Shown: positions 62,106-64,000 of the stretch, piece by piece
Layout: each line of letters starts with the position of its first letter
Position numbering within the stretch: the stretch's first letter is position 1
NCBI GenBank assembly: GCA_041649315.1
Contig: JBAZNJ010000001.1
Coordinates: 69,869-133,868, forward strand
Reading direction: 5' to 3'
DNA from: Patescibacteria group bacterium
Lineage (GTDB): Bacteria > Patescibacteriota > Patescibacteriia > Patescibacteriales > UBA12465
Length of the DNA stretch: 64,000 nt
The notes under the pieces: generated by a model
What the model saw: only the letters and a program-made list of their open reading frames with translations
Told to the model about the DNA's origin: nothing
Databases searched by the model: none
Program-made: the position numbers and the translations under genes

Positions 62106-62167
62106 CTCAAAGGTAGAGCAATCGCCTTGTAAGCGATCGGTTGGGGGTTCAATTCCTCTCTCCGGCT
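62096..62167 (+). tRNA. tRNA-Thr (anticodon UGU)
   Basis: GCCGGAG TA GCTCAAAGGTAGAGC A ATCGC-CTTGTAA-GCGAT CGGTT GGGGGTTCAATTCCTCT CTCCGGC-T. Confidence 0.85.
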
Positions 62168-62182
62168 CATTTTAAACCACGC

Positions 62183-62208
62183 AAATCCGCCGTTTCCGGC
62201 GGATTTTT
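62183..62208 (+). terminator. rho-independent terminator after tRNA-Thr(UGU)
   Basis: The 10-bp stem aaatccgccg (62183-62192) pairs with cggcggattt (62197-62206). The loop is tttc and a T-run follows. Confidence 0.7.
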
Positions 62209-62417
62209 GCTCATAGCACCAATATAACGGAATTAACATCCATGTATAATGTGGACAAGCTGCGTAAAAACTGCGCACAAGAACAGCTTGAAAACTTAGC
62301 CCTAATAGGTTAAGATTAAAAGCGTTAAAATATTTGATTTTTTCTTATTATCTTTTTAGCTAAACGCTAAATATTTTTAATTAAACTTCAAGCTATTCTT
62401 GATCTATCTCTAAAAAC

Positions 62418-63836
62418 ATGGCGACCAACGAACAAAATTTAAGCGCAAAAATTCCACCGCATAGTTTAGAAGCCGAAGAATCACTACTCGGTTCTCTTTT
62501 GATTGATAAAGACGCGATTATCCGAGTCGCTGACAGCGTCATGCCGCAAGATTTTTATAAGGATGCTAATAAGGAAATTTACGACACGATTAAGGAGCTT
62601 TACGGCAATCAAGAACCGATTGATATTATTACCTTATCTAACCGCTTAGAAGAAAAAAAGAAATTAGCAACAGTTGGCGGCCGGACTTATCTGGCTCAAC
62701 TATCAAACGCGGTGGCTACTTCCGGCAATGTCGTAAATTACGCGAATATTGTCCAGCGGAAAGCGACTTTGCGCCGGCTTCAACAAGCAGCCGCAGAAAT
62801 TTCCAATATCAGCTTTGACGAAGAACGGGATATTGACGAGGTCTTGGATGAAACCGAAAAAAAAGTTTTCGGCGTTTCGCGCAAATATTTAAAAAACGCT
62901 TTTCTCCCCTTGGACAATCTCTTAAATTCCGCTTTTGATCGGATTGATGAACTCCATAAACATGGCGGAAAATTGCGCGGCCTGCCGACCGGCTTTCCGG
63001 ATTTGGATAATCTTTTAGCCGGACTACAAAAATCGGATTTGATTATTTTGGCCGCCCGGCCTTCGGTCGGTAAAACTTCCCTGGCGCTAGATATTGCCCG
63101 TCAAGCGGCGATAAAAAGCAAGGAGGGCGTCGGCATCTTTTCTTTAGAAATGAGCAAGGAACAATTGGTCGATCGCCTACTCTGTTCTCAAGCGAACGTG
63201 AGCTTGTGGAAAATGCGCACCGGTAATTTATCTGATAAGGAAGGTGACAATGATTTTGCCCGTATCGGTGAAGCGATGGGTAAATTAGCGGAAGCGCCTA
63301 TTTATATTGACGACTCCGGCACTCTATCAATCATGGAAATCCGCGCCAAAGCCCGGCGCCTGCAGATGGAAAAAGGATTAGGATTAATCGTTATTGACTA
63401 TTTACAATTAATGGAAGGCCGGGGGAAATACGGCGACAACCGCGTCCAGGAAATCGCGGAAATCAGTCGCGGTTTGAAATCGATTGCTCGCGAACTTAAT
63501 GTCCCAATCCTAGCTTTAGCTCAGTTATCCCGCGCCGTGGAAATGACGCACCCGGCGATTCCGCGCTTATCGCATCTGCGCGACTCCGGTTCAATTGAAC
63601 AAGACGCTGACGTCGTAATGTTTATTTATCGTAAAGCGGCCGATCGCGGTTATAATCCGAACGACCTGCCGCTTGAAGACCGCTACCGAGCAGAAATTCA
63701 TATCGCCAAACATCGCAACGGGCCGACCGGCAAAGTTGATTTATATTTTGATGAAACGACCGTAAGCTTCAAAAATATGGCAAAAAATATTAAAGAAGCT
63801 AAAGAAGTGCCCGGTCCGGCTGAAGTTGAATTCTAA
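62418..63836 (+). CDS. dnaB: replicative DNA helicase
   Basis: Motifs PPHSLEAEESLLGSLL, GLPTGFPDLD, LIILAARPSVGKTSLAL, LIVIDYLQLM, AQLSRAVE and LRDSGSIEQDADVV. Confidence 0.95.
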   Translation: MATNEQNLSAKIPPHSLEAEESLLGSLLIDKDAIIRVADSVMPQDFYKDANKEIYDTIKELYGNQEPIDIITLSNRLEEKKKLATVGGRTYLAQLSNAVATSGNVVNYANIVQRKATLRRLQQAAAEISNISFDEERDIDEVLDETEKKVFGVSRKYLKNAFLPLDNLLNSAFDRIDELHKHGGKLRGLPTGFPDLDNLLAGLQKSDLIILAARPSVGKTSLALDIARQAAIKSKEGVGIFSLEMSKEQLVDRLLCSQANVSLWKMRTGNLSDKEGDNDFARIGEAMGKLAEAPIYIDDSGTLSIMEIRAKARRLQMEKGLGLIVIDYLQLMEGRGKYGDNRVQEIAEISRGLKSIARELNVPILALAQLSRAVEMTHPAIPRLSHLRDSGSIEQDADVVMFIYRKAADRGYNPNDLPLEDRYRAEIHIAKHRNGPTGKVDLYFDETTVSFKNMAKNIKEAKEVPGPAEVEF

Positions 63837-63928
63837 TATCTAATTTCTAATTTCAAAATCCCTGCCTGCCGGTAGGCAAGATATTGGAAATTTTAACAAA
63901 CAATCTTTTAATTTTTAATGATAATTTT

Positions 63929-64000
63929 ATGTTCAGCAAACTGAAACAATTCAAAGACCTGCGCAGCCAGGCGAAAACCATGCAAAGCGCTTTGGCTCAA
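63929..64000 (+). CDS. probable YbaB/EbfC-family nucleoid-associated protein, N-terminal fragment (runs off window end)
   Basis: MFSKLKQFKDLRSQAKTMQSALAQ resembles the YbaB N-terminal helix. Only 24 codons are visible. Confidence 0.35.
   Translation, partial: MFSKLKQFKDLRSQAKTMQSALAQ

Noticed and set aside
62249-62260. 12-nt identity (atgtggacaagc) with the region just inside the IS right end (12177-12188)
   Set aside because: Similarity does not extend on either side. It is probably chance or a DnaA-box-like TGTGGACAA, not an IS remnant.
62075-62278. 67-aa minus-strand ORF
   Set aside because: It overlaps tRNA-Thr(UGU) and its terminator hairpin, so it is spurious.
1-64000. CRISPR arrays, rRNA genes, alternative genetic code
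   Set aside because: I saw no regularly spaced direct repeats and no rRNA-like conserved stretches. Long ORFs are intact under the standard code, with no in-frame UGA pattern suggesting code 25 or code 4.

Overview
The window looks like a compact, gene-dense bacterial chromosome segment. By inference it comes from a streamlined CPR/Patescibacteria-like organism: many small membrane or secreted proteins of unknown function, a VirB2-like pilin paralog, a DUF134/DUF5320 pair, and tRNAs mostly without encoded CCA. The standard genetic code fits all long ORFs.

The housekeeping backbone contains an ECF sigma factor, gpmI, rpmG (missed by the ORF track), mutM, tpiA, a GalE-like epimerase, gyrB, eno, pgk, an L,D-transpeptidase, clpB behind a CIRCE operator, a second membrane-anchored Clp ATPase, a hepT/mntA toxin-antitoxin pair, def, fmt and dnaB. 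There are seven tRNAs: Ser-UGA, Trp-CCA, Tyr-GUA, Thr-GGU, Glu-CUC, Lys-UUU and Thr-UGU.

Three mobile or accessory insertions stand out:
1. A 1208-bp IS3-family element (11007-12214) has 26-bp perfect terminal inverted repeats and a 3-bp TCT target duplication. It split a host gene, and the two halves rejoin in frame when the IS is removed in silico.
2. Integrative elements sit in tandem at tRNA-Thr(GGU). Three copies of the 23-24 nt tRNA 3' end (20472, 21489, 31116) delimit a ~1 kb remnant carrying a NYN-domain gene and a ~9.65 kb, visibly AT-rich island with an RHH-like/xis/int module.
3. An AT-rich insert between tRNA-Lys and tRNA-Thr(UGU) carries a beta-barrel-like secreted protein and a LAGLIDADG-like ORF.

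The most interesting content is inside the 9.65 kb island. A tightly packed six-gene minus-strand operon (27149->21703) encodes a DUF4238 protein, a SEC-C/PD-(D/E)xK nuclease-like protein, a DUF4145/HEPN-like protein, a 3-TM protein, an SDH/ClpP-fold serine protease and a 64-aa protein. I read this as a candidate undescribed multi-gene defence or abortive-infection locus. Next to it, transcribed divergently, is a ~160-nt strongly structured RNA (27394-27552) of unknown class: a 15-bp closing stem around a tight three-way junction, followed by alternative hairpins.

Other oddities are a catalytically dead, domain-deleted iPGM paralog in the eno-pgk cluster, a WecA/MraY-QueH fusion ORF, and an HtrA-like protein without an evident catalytic triad.

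All domain calls come from reading motifs by eye; no database search was run.
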